DNA of 64,000 bases. Source: Pseudomonadota bacterium. GTDB lineage: Bacteria; Pseudomonadota; Gammaproteobacteria; Xanthomonadales; Xanthomonadaceae. The stretch covers positions 22,490 through 86,489 of the forward strand of contig JAEWBY010000094.1 in the NCBI GenBank assembly GCA_023390905.1. The letters are read 5' to 3'. The notes under the pieces are model-generated. The model ran no database searches, was not told the DNA's origin, and saw nothing but the letters and a program-made list of their open reading frames with translations. Position numbers and translations under genes: made by a program. Of this stretch, positions 9,195 through 21,306 are shown piece after piece (position 1 is the first letter of the stretch; each line of letters opens with the position of its first letter).

Positions 9195-10507
9195 ATGACC
9201 CTGAAACGCCGCACGTTCCTCACCCTGCCCGCCGCGCTGGCTTCTTCCTCGCTGATGCCCGGTTCACTGCGGGCCGCATTGGCCGCGCAGACACCCGATA
9301 CGCCGGATCTCTCCCACTGGGACAGCGTGCGCGCGCAGTTTGCTCTGGACCCCGCGTATCGCCACTTCGCATCGTTCTTCATTGCCAGCCATCCCGCTCC
9401 CGTGCGCGATGCACTGGAGGGCTACCGGCGCGCGCTGGACGCCAATCCGTTCGTGTTCGTCGAACGCTCGATGTTCGAGGACGATGCCCACAATCTGCCG
9501 ATGCAGGTGCGCGCCGAGGCAGCGTCCTATCTCGGCGGCAAGCCCGAGGAGGTGTGCCTGACGGGCAGCACCACCGAGGGATTGTCACTGGTCTATCTCG
9601 GATTGCCGCTTAAGGCCGGCGACGAGGTGCTGACCACCCTGCATGATCACTATTCGCACCATGAGGCGATCCGCTTCGCCACGCAGCGCACCGGCGTGAG
9701 CGCGCGCAGGATTGCGCTGTTCCGCGACCCGGCGCAGGCATCGGTCGATGAAATCGTCGGCAACCTCAGGGCCGCCACCCGCCCCGAAACCAAAGTCGTG
9801 GGCGTGACGTGGGTGCATTCCAGCACCGGCATCCGCCTGCCGATCCGCGCGATCAGCGCGATGCTCCAATCGTTGCCGCAGCCGCCACTGCTGGTGGTCG
9901 ATGGTGTGCACGGCCTGGGTTCGGTCGATGAGACCATCTCCACGCTGGGGGCGGACTATTTCTGCGCCGGCACGCACAAGTGGATTTCGCGCCGCGCGGC
10001 ACGGGTCTGGTGTGGGCGCGGCCGGACAACTGGGCGCGGCTGCGACCGCTGGTGCCCAACTTCACCGAGGCCGAAAGCTACATCGCCCGGACCGAAAACC
10101 GCGAACCGCAGGGCGCCAACAACGCCACGCGCATGGAACCGGGCGGCTTCCACGCAGTCGAGCACCAGTGGGCGATGGCCGCGGCCTTCGCCATGCATCA
10201 GCGGATGGGCCGGGCCCGCGTCGGCGCACGCATCGCGGCTCTGAATTCGCAACTGAAGGACGGGCTCGCGGCGATGCCGAAGATTCGCGTGCACACGCCA
10301 CGCTCGCCGGATCTTTCCGCCGGACTGGTCGCGTTCGAAGTCGATGGCCTCGCACCGGCCGAGGTGGTCAGGCAGTTGCTGTCACGCCGCATCATCGCCA
10401 GCACCAGCCCTTACGCCGTGACCTACGCACGCCTGGCGCCGAGCCTGGTGAACTCGCCGGAGGAAGTGGATGACGCCCTGCGCGCGCTGCGCGGGATCGC
10501 GGGATGA
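9195..10507 (+). pseudogene. Tat-exported class V PLP-dependent aminotransferase (PvdN-like), frameshifted near 9985-9987
   Basis: KRRTFL Tat motif, DGVHG, GTHKW (PLP lysine); continues in another frame as FAPRGTG..., and adding one T to TGGATTTCG restores W-I-F-A-P-R-G-T-G; may be a sequencing error. Confidence 0.75.
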
Positions 10508-10537
10508 AAAAAAACCCCGCCTCGCGGCGGGGTTTTT
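10507..10537. terminator. Bidirectional terminator between the aminotransferase and groEL
   Basis: A8-CCCCGCC-TCGC-GGCGGGG-T5. Confidence 0.85.
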
Positions 10538-10571
10538 CGTGTTGCATCGAACGTGTCGCAGTGGGCCGGAC

Positions 10572-12639
<2,068 letters not shown>

Positions 12640-12687
12640 TTCAATCCTCTTTAAGTGATTGATTGGACTGGGAAAGGGGTGGCGATG

Positions 12688-12714
12688 TTAGCACTCGCGA
12701 TCGACGAGTGCCAA
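12688..12714. promoter_or_regulatory. CIRCE element (HrcA operator)
   Basis: TTAGCACTC-N9-GAGTGCCAA, one mismatch to TTAGCACTC-N9-GAGTGCTAA, upstream of groES. Confidence 0.92.
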
Positions 12715-12753
12715 CCCCAACTGCAAAGACCCGGCACAGCCGGGATTGCGTTG

Positions 12754-12781
12754 AGATGGGGTGCGTTGGCGCGCTTTCAAG
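12754..12781 (-). promoter_or_regulatory. Sigma32 (RpoH) promoter of groESL
   Basis: CTTGAAA-N13-CCCCATCT on the minus strand. Confidence 0.85.
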
Positions 12782-12883
12782 GGGCCGGTGCGCGAATCGC
12801 GAAACATGGCCGGCGCGGTGGCGCATCGCGGGCGCTTGATGCATGTTGGCCGCCGGCAGCGGACGGCGGGCGATAATGCCGGC

Positions 12884-13213
12884 ATGACTGTCCAGATCGT
12901 CTTCTGTACCTGCCCCGACGCCGCCACCGCCGATCGCCTGGCGGCCGCGCTGGTGGACGAACGGCTCGCGGCCTGCGTCAACCTGCTGCCGGGCCTGACC
13001 TCGATCTACCGCTGGCAGGGACGGATCCAGCGCGAGGCCGAGGTGCTATTGCTGATCAAGACCACCGCCGATCGGCTGCCCGCCCTGCGTGCGCGGCTGG
13101 TCGAGCTGCACCCGTATGAACTCCCCGAACTGGTGGCGGTCGAAGCCGTCGCCGGACTGCCCGCGTATCTGGACTGGGTGGTCACCGAAACCCGAGAGAC
13201 GCCCGCTTCATGA
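12884..13213 (+). CDS. cutA: Divalent-cation tolerance protein CutA
   Basis: LAACVN, SIYRWQG, LLIKT, HPYELPE. Confidence 0.93.
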   Translation: MTVQIVFCTCPDAATADRLAAALVDERLAACVNLLPGLTSIYRWQGRIQREAEVLLLIKTTADRLPALRARLVELHPYELPELVAVEAVAGLPAYLDWVVTETRETPAS

Positions 13214-15456
13214 TCCGTTTGAGTCGTTTGCTGGCCGCTGGCCTGCTATTCCTCAGTGCCGCCGCGCAGGCGCAGATCCGTCCGCAGGATCTGCCGCCGG
13301 TGGATGAAGTATTCGTCCCCACGGCCAGCGCGCCCGCCCGCGACCGGATCGAAGTCCATTGGAAAATCGCCGAGGGCTATTACCTCTACCGGCATCGCAC
13401 CTCGGTGGAGGTGGATGCCGGCGGCTTCGCCGCAGGTGCGGTGCAGCTGCCGAAGGGCAAGGCGTACCGCGACGAATTCTTCGGTGACGTGGAAACTTAC
13501 CGCGGAGGATTGACGGCGGTGCTGCCCGGGCAGGCGGGCAGCGAGGATCGCATCACCCTCAAGATCAAATACCAGGGCTGCGCCGACGCCGGCATCTGCT
13601 ACCCGCCGCAGACGCGCCGGTTGACGGTGACGTTGCCGGCAGACGGCGCCGCGGCCGACGGTGGCTTCGTGCCGCTGGGCCAGGTCGGCGCGGGCAAATC
13701 GTCCCTGCTCGGCGCGCGCGCGGATGCCGCGCCGCTGGCGGAGGACAAGGCATTCGCCGTGGACGCCATCGCGTTCGACGGCAACCAGTTGCTGCTGCGG
13801 TTCACGCCCGCGCCGGGCTATTACGTCTATCGCGATCGCACCACGCTGGCGCTCGAAGGCGCGGCCGGCATCACCCTGCAGGCGCCGCGCTGGCCAAAGG
13901 GACAGTCCTATCACGACGAACACTTCGGCGATGTCGTCGTGTACTTCGATCAGGCCGAAGTGCCGGTGCCGCTGGCGCGCACGCGCAGCGAGCCCGCACG
14001 CGGCACCTTGAAGGTGACCTTCCAGGGATGCCAGACCGGCGGCATCTGCTATCCGCCGATGACGCGGCGGTTGGCCCTCGACATCCCGGCGGGCACGCTG
14101 GCGCAGGCGGCAGTCGACCCCGCACCGACGATCGAACCCGGGCCGCAGGCCGCGCCGGCGCAGGACGATGCCGCACCGGCCACCGATTCCACTTCCGCAG
14201 TCACGGCGACCGACGTACCGCGCACGCCACCGCCCGCCTCGGCGACCTCGCGCCAACCGCTCGCGCTGTGGCTGGCACTGCTGCTCGCCCTCGCCGGCGG
14301 ACTGATCCTCAACCTGATGCCCTGCGTCCTGCCGGTGCTTTCGCTGAAGGCGCTGTCGCTGGCCGGCGGAGATCGCCCGCGCCACCGCGCGCTCGCCTAC
14401 ACCGCGGGCGTGCTGCTGAGCTTCGTGCTGCTGGGTGCGGCGGCGCTGGGCCTGCGTGCGGCCGGGCAGGCGCTAGGCTGGGGCTTCCAGTTGCAGCAGC
14501 CCCTGATCATCGGCCTGCTGGTGTACGTGGTGTTCGCGGTGGGACTGAGTCTTTCCGGTGTGTTCGCCGTGGGCTACGGGCTGGCGGGGGCGGGTGATCA
14601 ACTCGGTCGCAAGTCGGGTCCGCTGGGCGACTTCTTCACCGGTGTGCTCGCCGTGGTGGTCGCCAGCCCCTGCACCGCACCGTTCATGGGCGCAGCGCTG
14701 GCGTTCGCCTTCGCCGCCCCGGTGCCGCTGGCGCTGCTGGTGTTCCTGATGCTGGGCCTCGGTCTGGCCTTGCCGTTCCTGTTGATCGGTTTCGTGCCGG
14801 CGCTGGCCAATCGTTTGCCCAGGTCCGGTGCGTGGATGGACACGCTGAAGAAGCTGCTCGCCTTCCCGATGTACCTGACCGCCGTCTGGCTGCTGTGGGT
14901 GCTGGGCCGCCAGCGCGGCATCGATGCGGTCGCGCTGGTGCTGGTCGGCCTGGTGCTGCTGACGCTCGCGGCCTGGTGGCTGCAGCGCCTGCGCTGGCAG
15001 CACGCGCCGCTACGTCGGGCCGTGGGGCTGCTGCTGCTGATCGGCGCGATCGTTCCGCTGGTCATGGCGCACCGCGTGCCGCCGCCGGCGCAGGCGGCTG
15101 AGGTACGCGGGGACGTCATCCCGTTCTCGGCACCGCGACTGGCCGAACTGCGATCGCAGGGCAAGGTGGTGTTCGTCGACATCACCGCCGACTGGTGCGT
15201 CACCTGCAAGGCCAACGAAAAGACCGTGCTGAACCGCCCGGCCTTCCGCGATGCCCTGGCAAAGGTCGACGGCGTGTTCATGCAGGGCGACTGGACCAAT
15301 GTGGATGAAAGCATCACCGGCTATCTGGAACAGCACGGCGCGGTCGGCGTGCCGCTGTACGTCGTCTATCCGCGCGGCGGTGGCGAAGGCGAAGTCCTGC
15401 CGACGGTGCTGACGCAGGGCATGGTCGAAGACGCGCTGCAACGGGCCGCGCGATGA
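13210..15456 (+). CDS. dsbD: Thiol:disulfide interchange protein DsbD with two N-terminal domains
   Basis: Two YYxY...QGCxxxGICYPP domains, TM domain MPCVLP/SPCTAP, thioredoxin WCVTCK. Confidence 0.92.
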   Translation: MIRLSRLLAAGLLFLSAAAQAQIRPQDLPPVDEVFVPTASAPARDRIEVHWKIAEGYYLYRHRTSVEVDAGGFAAGAVQLPKGKAYRDEFFGDVETYRGGLTAVLPGQAGSEDRITLKIKYQGCADAGICYPPQTRRLTVTLPADGAAADGGFVPLGQVGAGKSSLLGARADAAPLAEDKAFAVDAIAFDGNQLLLRFTPAPGYYVYRDRTTLALEGAAGITLQAPRWPKGQSYHDEHFGDVVVYFDQAEVPVPLARTRSEPARGTLKVTFQGCQTGGICYPPMTRRLALDIPAGTLAQAAVDPAPTIEPGPQAAPAQDDAAPATDSTSAVTATDVPRTPPPASATSRQPLALWLALLLALAGGLILNLMPCVLPVLSLKALSLAGGDRPRHRALAYTAGVLLSFVLLGAAALGLRAAGQALGWGFQLQQPLIIGLLVYVVFAVGLSLSGVFAVGYGLAGAGDQLGRKSGPLGDFFTGVLAVVVASPCTAPFMGAALAFAFAAPVPLALLVFLMLGLGLALPFLLIGFVPALANRLPRSGAWMDTLKKLLAFPMYLTAVWLLWVLGRQRGIDAVALVLVGLVLLTLAAWWLQRLRWQHAPLRRAVGLLLLIGAIVPLVMAHRVPPPAQAAEVRGDVIPFSAPRLAELRSQGKVVFVDITADWCVTCKANEKTVLNRPAFRDALAKVDGVFMQGDWTNVDESITGYLEQHGAVGVPLYVVYPRGGGEGEVLPTVLTQGMVEDALQRAAR

Positions 15457-16058
15457 AGGTGACGCCGGCACGCGTCCTGTGGGTGGCGGTGGCCGCGGCG
15501 GCGCTGGGTCTGCTGGCCAGCCACTGGTATGAAGGGGGCCCGCTGCTGCGCACCGACCGGGGCCAGCAGGCCCTCCAGGCGGCTGCGGACCTCAGTGCGC
15601 CACCGCCCCCCGACGGCGTCACCCCGGCGCGGCCCGGCGATCCGATGCCGGCCATCCGATTGCCGGATCCGGAGGGCAACGTCGTCGATCTGGCGACCTA
15701 TCGTGGCCGTCCGCTGCTGATCAATGTGTGGGCGAGCTGGTGCGGCCCCTGCATCAAGGAAATGCCGGAACTGGATCGCTTCGCGCGGGAACAGGGCGCC
15801 GACGGCACGCGCGTCGTCGGGCTGGCGCTGGACACACCCCAAGCCGTGAAAGACTTCCTCGCCCGCGTGCCGGTGGCCTATCCGATCGTGCTCGACACGC
15901 CCGGCCCGGCCGATGCGAGCGTGTGGCTGGGCAATGCCAAGGGCGTGCTTCCCTATACTGTGCTGATCGATGCGCGTGGTCGCATCGTCAAACAGAAGAT
16001 CGGGCCATTTGTCGAAGGCGAGATCACCCAATGGGCGGCCGCTAACCAGGCGCCGTGA
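15453..16058 (+). CDS. TlpA family disulfide reductase
   Basis: N-terminal anchor, NVWASWCGPCIKEMPEL. Confidence 0.9.
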   Translation: MKVTPARVLWVAVAAAALGLLASHWYEGGPLLRTDRGQQALQAAADLSAPPPPDGVTPARPGDPMPAIRLPDPEGNVVDLATYRGRPLLINVWASWCGPCIKEMPELDRFAREQGADGTRVVGLALDTPQAVKDFLARVPVAYPIVLDTPGPADASVWLGNAKGVLPYTVLIDARGRIVKQKIGPFVEGEITQWAAANQAP

Positions 16059-16171
16059 CAGCCCGTTCGCGCACCCGGATTCAAACATCTGATTAAAACG
16101 CTCGGATCTTCGTCGATCTGGACAGCATCGCCGGCTTCGCGCAGACTGCCGCCCTTCCGCTGGAGTCCCCG

Positions 16172-16612
16172 ATGGCGAATCTGCTGGTCCTGCACGGCCC
16201 GAACCTCAATCTGCTCGGCACCCGCGAGCCCGAGGTCTATGGCCATGCAACGCTGGCCGACATCGACGCCAGCCTGGTGCGCCAGGCGGCCGAAGCCGGG
16301 CATGCGCTGACCAGTTTCCAGTCCAACGCCGAACACGCGCTGGTCGATCGGGTCCAGGCCTGCCGCCAGGACGGCACCGATTTCGTGCTGATCAATCCGG
16401 CCGCGTTCACCCATACCTCGGTCGCGCTGCGCGATGCGCTGGCGGCCGTGGCGGTGCCCTTCATCGAAATCCACCTGTCCAACCCGCATCGCCGCGAACC
16501 GTTCCGCCAGCAGAGCTATTTCAGCGATCTGGCCGTCGGGGTGGTCTGCGGATTCGGCGCCGACAGTTACCGCTACGCGCTCGACGCCGCCCTGCGGCGG
16601 CTGTCGGCCTGA
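16172..16612 (+). CDS. aroQ: Type II 3-dehydroquinate dehydratase
   Basis: [39 protein letters not shown]. Confidence 0.97.
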   Translation: MANLLVLHGPNLNLLGTREPEVYGHATLADIDASLVRQAAEAGHALTSFQSNAEHALVDRVQACRQDGTDFVLINPAAFTHTSVALRDALAAVAVPFIEIHLSNPHRREPFRQQSYFSDLAVGVVCGFGADSYRYALDAALRRLSA

Positions 16613-16658
16613 TCTTTCCATTCGTTCCGCTCCGGAACACCGTTCAACAGAGGCCCCC

Positions 16659-17135
16659 ATGGATCTCCGCAAAATCAAGAAGCTCATCGATCTGCTGGAA
16701 GAATCGAATCTCGCCGAAATCGAAATCAAGGAAGGCGAGGAATCGGTGCGGCTGGCGCGCGTGCCCAAGGGTGGCTATGCATCCGCGCCGGCGCCGATGG
16801 TGCACCACGTCGAGACGCGCCCCGCCGCGCCGATGCCGATGAGCTCGCCCACCGAAGCTTCGACCGGCGGCACCGCCAAGGCCGCCAGCAACCTGCCCGA
16901 AGGCCACGTCGTGCGCGCCCCGATGGTCGGTACCTTCTACGCCTCGCCCTCGCCTGACAAACCGGCGTTCGTCAGCGTCGGCCAGGCGGTCAAGGCCGGC
17001 GAAACGCTGGCGATCATCGAAGCAATGAAGATGTTCAACCCGATCGAAGCCGACGTCTCGGGCACGGTGCAGGCCGTGCTGGTCGAGAACGGCACGCCGA
17101 TCGAATTCGATCAGCCGTTGTTTGTCATCGCCTGA
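16659..17135 (+). CDS. accB: Acetyl-CoA carboxylase biotin carboxyl carrier protein
   Basis: [10 protein letters not shown] start, EAMKM biotinylation motif. Confidence 0.97.
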   Translation: MDLRKIKKLIDLLEESNLAEIEIKEGEESVRLARVPKGGYASAPAPMVHHVETRPAAPMPMSSPTEASTGGTAKAASNLPEGHVVRAPMVGTFYASPSPDKPAFVSVGQAVKAGETLAIIEAMKMFNPIEADVSGTVQAVLVENGTPIEFDQPLFVIA

Positions 17136-17154
17136 GTTGCGGTGAATCGGGAAC

Positions 17155-17502
17155 GTGGTTCGGGACCCGGACAAGCATCGCCCGCACGGACGCCTCGAAG
17201 TGTGGCGTGATGCGATGGCATTCGTCGATCCGTTTGCCACGCCAGCACCTGGATGTTCCGATGCCGAACGCGGTATGACCATGCATTTGCGTCATGCCGC
17301 CGGCAGCATGCCATCGAACATCGCCGAAGGCGCCGCACGTCGTTCGACCGAATACCTGCGTTTTGTTTGCAAAGATCCGCTTGACCGCACGTTCGCCCGT
17401 CTCGACGCCCTGATCCGCACACTCGATTCCGAATCGCCGCGACTTCGCCAGGAACCGGCACTTCTCGAATCCCCAATCCCTGAATCCCGAATCCCATGCT
17501 AG
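17155..17502 (+). pseudogene. Decayed four-helix-bundle protein (23S rRNA intervening-sequence protein family)
   Basis: RPHGRLEVWRDAM...SMPSNIAEGAARRSTEYLRF...LDRTFARL; the helix usually following the SNIAEG/LRF segment is missing; flanked by heptamer repeats. Confidence 0.65.
17467..17495 (+). repeat. Tandem heptamers (G/C)AATCCC x4
   Basis: GAATCCC CAATCCC T GAATCCC GAATCCC directly before the accC ATG. Confidence 0.8.
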
Positions 17503-18863
17503 ATAAAGTCGTCATTGCCAACCGCGGTGAAATCGCGCTGCGCATCCTGCGCGCGTGCCACACCCTGGGCATCCGCACGGTGGCCGTGCACTCCACGGTC
17601 GATCGCAATCTCAAGCACGTCGCCATGGCCGACGAGTCGGTCTGCATCGGCCCTGCGCCTTCGGTCGACAGCTACCTCAACATTCCGGCGATCATCGCCG
17701 CGGCCGAAGTGACCGACGCCCAGGCGATCCATCCGGGCTACGGTTTCCTCAGCGAGAACGCCGACTTCGCCGAACGCGTGGAGCAGTCCGGCTTCGTGTT
17801 CATCGGGCCCAAGGCCGACACCATCCGCCTGATGGGCGACAAGGTCGAAGCAATCCGCGCGATGAAGGCTGCCGGCGTGCCCTGCGTGCCGGGGTCGGGC
17901 GGACCGCTGGGCGATGACATCGTCGCCAACACCAAGATCGCGCGCGAGATCGGCTATCCGGTGATCATCAAGGCGGCCGGCGGCGGTGGCGGACGCGGCA
18001 TGCGCGTGGTGCACGCCGAAGCGGCGTTGAGCAATGCCATCGCCACCACCAAGTCCGAAGCCAAGGCGGCGTTCGGCAACGATCAGGTCTACATGGAGAA
18101 GTTCCTGGAAAATCCGCGGCACGTGGAGATCCAGGTGCTCGCCGACGGCCAGGGCAATGCGATCCACCTGGGCGAACGCGACTGCTCGATGCAGCGTCGC
18201 CATCAGAAAGTGGTCGAGGAAGCGCCCGCGCCCGGCATCACCGAACAGCAGCGCGCCGAAATCGGCCAGGTCTGCGTGGAGGCCTGCCTGCGCATCGGCT
18301 ATCGCGGCGCCGGCACGTTCGAGTTCCTGTACGAGAACGGCCGCTTCTACTTCATCGAGATGAACACCCGCATCCAGGTCGAGCATCCGGTGACCGAGCG
18401 CATCACCGGCATCGATCTGGTGTGCGAGCAGTTGCGCATCGCCGCCGGCCAGAAGCTGACCATCAAGCAGGAGGACATCGTGCTGCGCGGCCATGCGATC
18501 GAATGCCGCATCAACGCCGAGGATCCGGAAACCTTCATGCCGCACCCGGGCCTGATCCAGCATTTCCATCCGCCGGGCGGCCCGGGCGTGCGCGTGGACA
18601 CGCACATCTATGAAGGCTATCGCGTGCCGCCGAACTACGATTCGATGATCGCCAAGCTGATCGTGCACGGCCCGGATCGCGAGACCGCGATCGCGCGCAT
18701 GCGCGTGGCGCTGAGCGAGATGGTCATCGACGGCATCAAGTCCAACATTCCGTTGCAGCAGCGCATCATGCGCGATCAGGGCTTTCAGGCCGGCGGCCAG
18801 AACATCCACTATCTGGAAAAGCGCCTGGCCGAACGCAAGAACAAGTCAATCGCGCTGGTCTGA
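17496..18863 (+). CDS. accC: Acetyl-CoA carboxylase biotin carboxylase subunit
   Basis: [39 protein letters not shown]. Confidence 0.98.
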   Translation: MLDKVVIANRGEIALRILRACHTLGIRTVAVHSTVDRNLKHVAMADESVCIGPAPSVDSYLNIPAIIAAAEVTDAQAIHPGYGFLSENADFAERVEQSGFVFIGPKADTIRLMGDKVEAIRAMKAAGVPCVPGSGGPLGDDIVANTKIAREIGYPVIIKAAGGGGGRGMRVVHAEAALSNAIATTKSEAKAAFGNDQVYMEKFLENPRHVEIQVLADGQGNAIHLGERDCSMQRRHQKVVEEAPAPGITEQQRAEIGQVCVEACLRIGYRGAGTFEFLYENGRFYFIEMNTRIQVEHPVTERITGIDLVCEQLRIAAGQKLTIKQEDIVLRGHAIECRINAEDPETFMPHPGLIQHFHPPGGPGVRVDTHIYEGYRVPPNYDSMIAKLIVHGPDRETAIARMRVALSEMVIDGIKSNIPLQQRIMRDQGFQAGGQNIHYLEKRLAERKNKSIALV

Positions 18864-18884
18864 TCCAAGGCATCCGATGAACAG

Positions 18885-18923
18885 AAACGGGCCGGATTCG
18901 CGGGAATCCGGCCCGTCGTTTTT
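18885..18923 (+). terminator. Terminator after accC
   Basis: ACGGGCCGGATT/AATCCGGCCCGT stem followed by CGTTTTT. Confidence 0.7.
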
Positions 18924-18934
18924 CCGCGCGCGGC

Positions 18935-19288
18935 TCAGCGCCGGGTTTCGGGATTGCCCTGCAGCGGAACCACGCCAGTGGGCGAGAGCGGGTCCACCAC
19001 GCGCAGGGTTTCGCGCGAACCATCGGGCCACTGCACTTCCACCGTCGTGCCTGCCGGCAGCGTGGAGAACGGCGCGCCGCTGCGCGCGCGATAGATCGCC
19101 ACCAGTTGCGCGGCGCCGATCGCACGCGCTTCCCGGGACGCCTCGACGCCATGGGGAATTTGCTGCAATCCGCGGTAGGGCAGATCCAGCGCATTGATCA
19201 CCACGGTTGCGGCCGCGGCGGCGTAGGTGATGAAGACCAGCAAGGCCAGCCACGCGTGACGGGTGGGCAAGAAGCGTCGGGCTTTCAT
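18935..19288 (-). CDS. Hypothetical secreted protein (117 aa)
   Basis: MKARRFL... signal-peptide-like N-terminus; ATGA overlap with the upstream gene. Confidence 0.65.
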   Translation of the reverse strand: MKARRFLPTRHAWLALLVFITYAAAAATVVINALDLPYRGLQQIPHGVEASREARAIGAAQLVAIYRARSGAPFSTLPAGTTVEVQWPDGSRETLRVVDPLSPTGVVPLQGNPETRR

Positions 19289-20205
19289 TTCAGCAGACTC
19301 CTGCGGGACAGCACGCTGTCCACCATGTGGTTCAGATGTTCGGCGCCCTGGCGCGGCACGCCGCCATCGCGCACGAACGCCGGAAAATCCTGCGCCGGAT
19401 CGCGCGAGCAGATTCCGCCATTGGCGCAATACGAGGTCATCAGCGCGCCCTGCGCGCGGCAATCCAGACCCAGGCGGCAGGCGGCGAGCTGCCAGGCCAG
19501 TTCGGACAACCACGTGCCCGACACTTCGCCCAGTTCCATCTCCGATCCGCTGGCCGCCAGGCCCATCGCGCGGGAGATGGCCAGGTAGGCCTGCGGATCG
19601 CCCGAGGCCACCACGCGATCGACCAGTCCACGTCGATAGCCGGCGGCTTCGGACATGGGCACACCTTCGGCCAACAACGAAGCTTCGGCCGCCAGACTGC
19701 CAGCCAGCGCGGCGCGCGTCCGCGTTTCCTGCACCACGTCCGATGTCAGGCCATCGTTCGGCGTGAAGCGCACGCAGCGCTGACTGACGCGTTCGCGCGC
19801 GGCCGCCATCACCGGTGCGGTGGCCACGTCCAGTGCCGCGATCGCGCGGGTATCGCTGGCATAGGCCGCCGGGTTGGACGCATACGCGGCGCAGTAATCG
19901 TAAACGCGGCTCAGCATCCACTGCGCATCCGCGTCACCGGCACGCGCCAGAGTCGAGACGCGCTGCGCGTAGACGAACAGATCCGGCGCAGATTCGAACT
20001 CGCGGCGGATCGAGGACCGCGCCGCGGACGCTGCGGGCTGTGATCGTTCCGCGCTGCCTGCGGCGACCGGCGCGGCGATGCCCGAAGACGAAACCGCCAC
20101 GGCCTGGTTCACCGCCGGCGTCCGGTGCCCGGACGTGGCCCACCACCATCCGGCCGCGGCAAGTGCGCAGGCGCCGGTCAGCGTCAACAGCCAAGGTCGG
20201 GACAT
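19285..20205 (-). CDS. Hypothetical exported/anchored Cys-containing protein (306 aa)
   Basis: [13 protein letters not shown] anchor, low-complexity linker, then six Cys ([23 protein letters not shown]); fills the accC-prmA gap. Confidence 0.7.
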   Translation of the reverse strand: MSRPWLLTLTGACALAAAGWWWATSGHRTPAVNQAVAVSSSGIAAPVAAGSAERSQPAASAARSSIRREFESAPDLFVYAQRVSTLARAGDADAQWMLSRVYDYCAAYASNPAAYASDTRAIAALDVATAPVMAAARERVSQRCVRFTPNDGLTSDVVQETRTRAALAGSLAAEASLLAEGVPMSEAAGYRRGLVDRVVASGDPQAYLAISRAMGLAASGSEMELGEVSGTWLSELAWQLAACRLGLDCRAQGALMTSYCANGGICSRDPAQDFPAFVRDGGVPRQGAEHLNHMVDSVLSRRSLLK

Positions 20206-20298
20206 CGGGCGATTATCGAGGCGCATCTCCGGGGATTCAACGCAGTCCAATCCAGACCGCATGCGACAATGGCGCATCCTGCTCATCCGCTCCGCACC

Positions 20299-21219
20299 AT
20301 GCCTTATCTCGAACTGACCCTGCGTTGCCACGAATCCGAACTGCCGCGCTACGAGAACGCGCTGGAGGATGTGGGCGCGCTGTCGGTCACCTTGCTGGAT
20401 GCCGATGCCGACACCACCGACGAGCGCGCGATCCTGGAACCGGGCGTGGGCGAGACACCGCTGTGGCGCTCGCTGGTGCTGACCGCGCTGTTCCCGGCCG
20501 AAACCGATGCCTTGATGCTGCTCGCGGCGCTGGAAGCCTTCGATCCCGGGCTCGACTGGAGCGAGGCCGGTTTCCGCAGCGTCGAGGACGAAGACTGGGA
20601 ACGCGCCTGGCTCGATCAATTCCAGCCAATGCGGTTCGGCCGGCGCACTTTCATCGTGCCCTGGAACCACGAACTGCCCGAGCAGGCGCGTACCGAGGAC
20701 GCGGCCGTCATCCGACTGGATCCGGGGCTCGCGTTCGGATCCGGCACGCATCCGACCACGGCGCTGTGCCTGCGCTGGCTGGATGCACTCGCCGATGAAG
20801 GCGCACTGGCGCAGCAGCGTGTGCTCGATTTCGGCTGCGGCTCGGGCATCCTCGCGCTGGCGGCGCTGCGCCTGGGCGCGGCCGAGGCCGTCGGCGTCGA
20901 CAACGATCCGCAGGCCCTGATCGCCTCGCATGACAACGCCGAGCGCAATGGGCTGTCCGATCGCCTGCAGGTCCATCTTCCGCAGGACGAACCCGTGCGC
21001 ACGTATCCGATCGTGGTGGCGAACATTCTCGCCTCCGCGCTGGACACGCTCGCCGAAACGCTCGCCGCGCGCGTCGCACCGGGGGGACGCATCGCGCTGT
21101 CCGGCATCCTGCACGGTCAGGAAGACGAGTTGCTGACCCGCTATGCCGCATGGTTCGAACGGTTGCAGGCCACGCGTGACGGTGACTGGATGCGCATCGA
21201 TGGCGTACGCCGGGCGTGA
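20299..21219 (+). CDS. prmA: Ribosomal protein L11 methyltransferase
   Basis: [37 protein letters not shown]. Confidence 0.96.
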   Translation: MPYLELTLRCHESELPRYENALEDVGALSVTLLDADADTTDERAILEPGVGETPLWRSLVLTALFPAETDALMLLAALEAFDPGLDWSEAGFRSVEDEDWERAWLDQFQPMRFGRRTFIVPWNHELPEQARTEDAAVIRLDPGLAFGSGTHPTTALCLRWLDALADEGALAQQRVLDFGCGSGILALAALRLGAAEAVGVDNDPQALIASHDNAERNGLSDRLQVHLPQDEPVRTYPIVVANILASALDTLAETLAARVAPGGRIALSGILHGQEDELLTRYAAWFERLQATRDGDWMRIDGVRRA

Positions 21220-21306
21220 TGCAGCCTGTGCGCAAGGAGCGGCGATCATTGCGGATCGGCATCCCTGGAACTGCCTGGGCGTGCTTGACCATGCTTGAAT
21301 AGCGCC

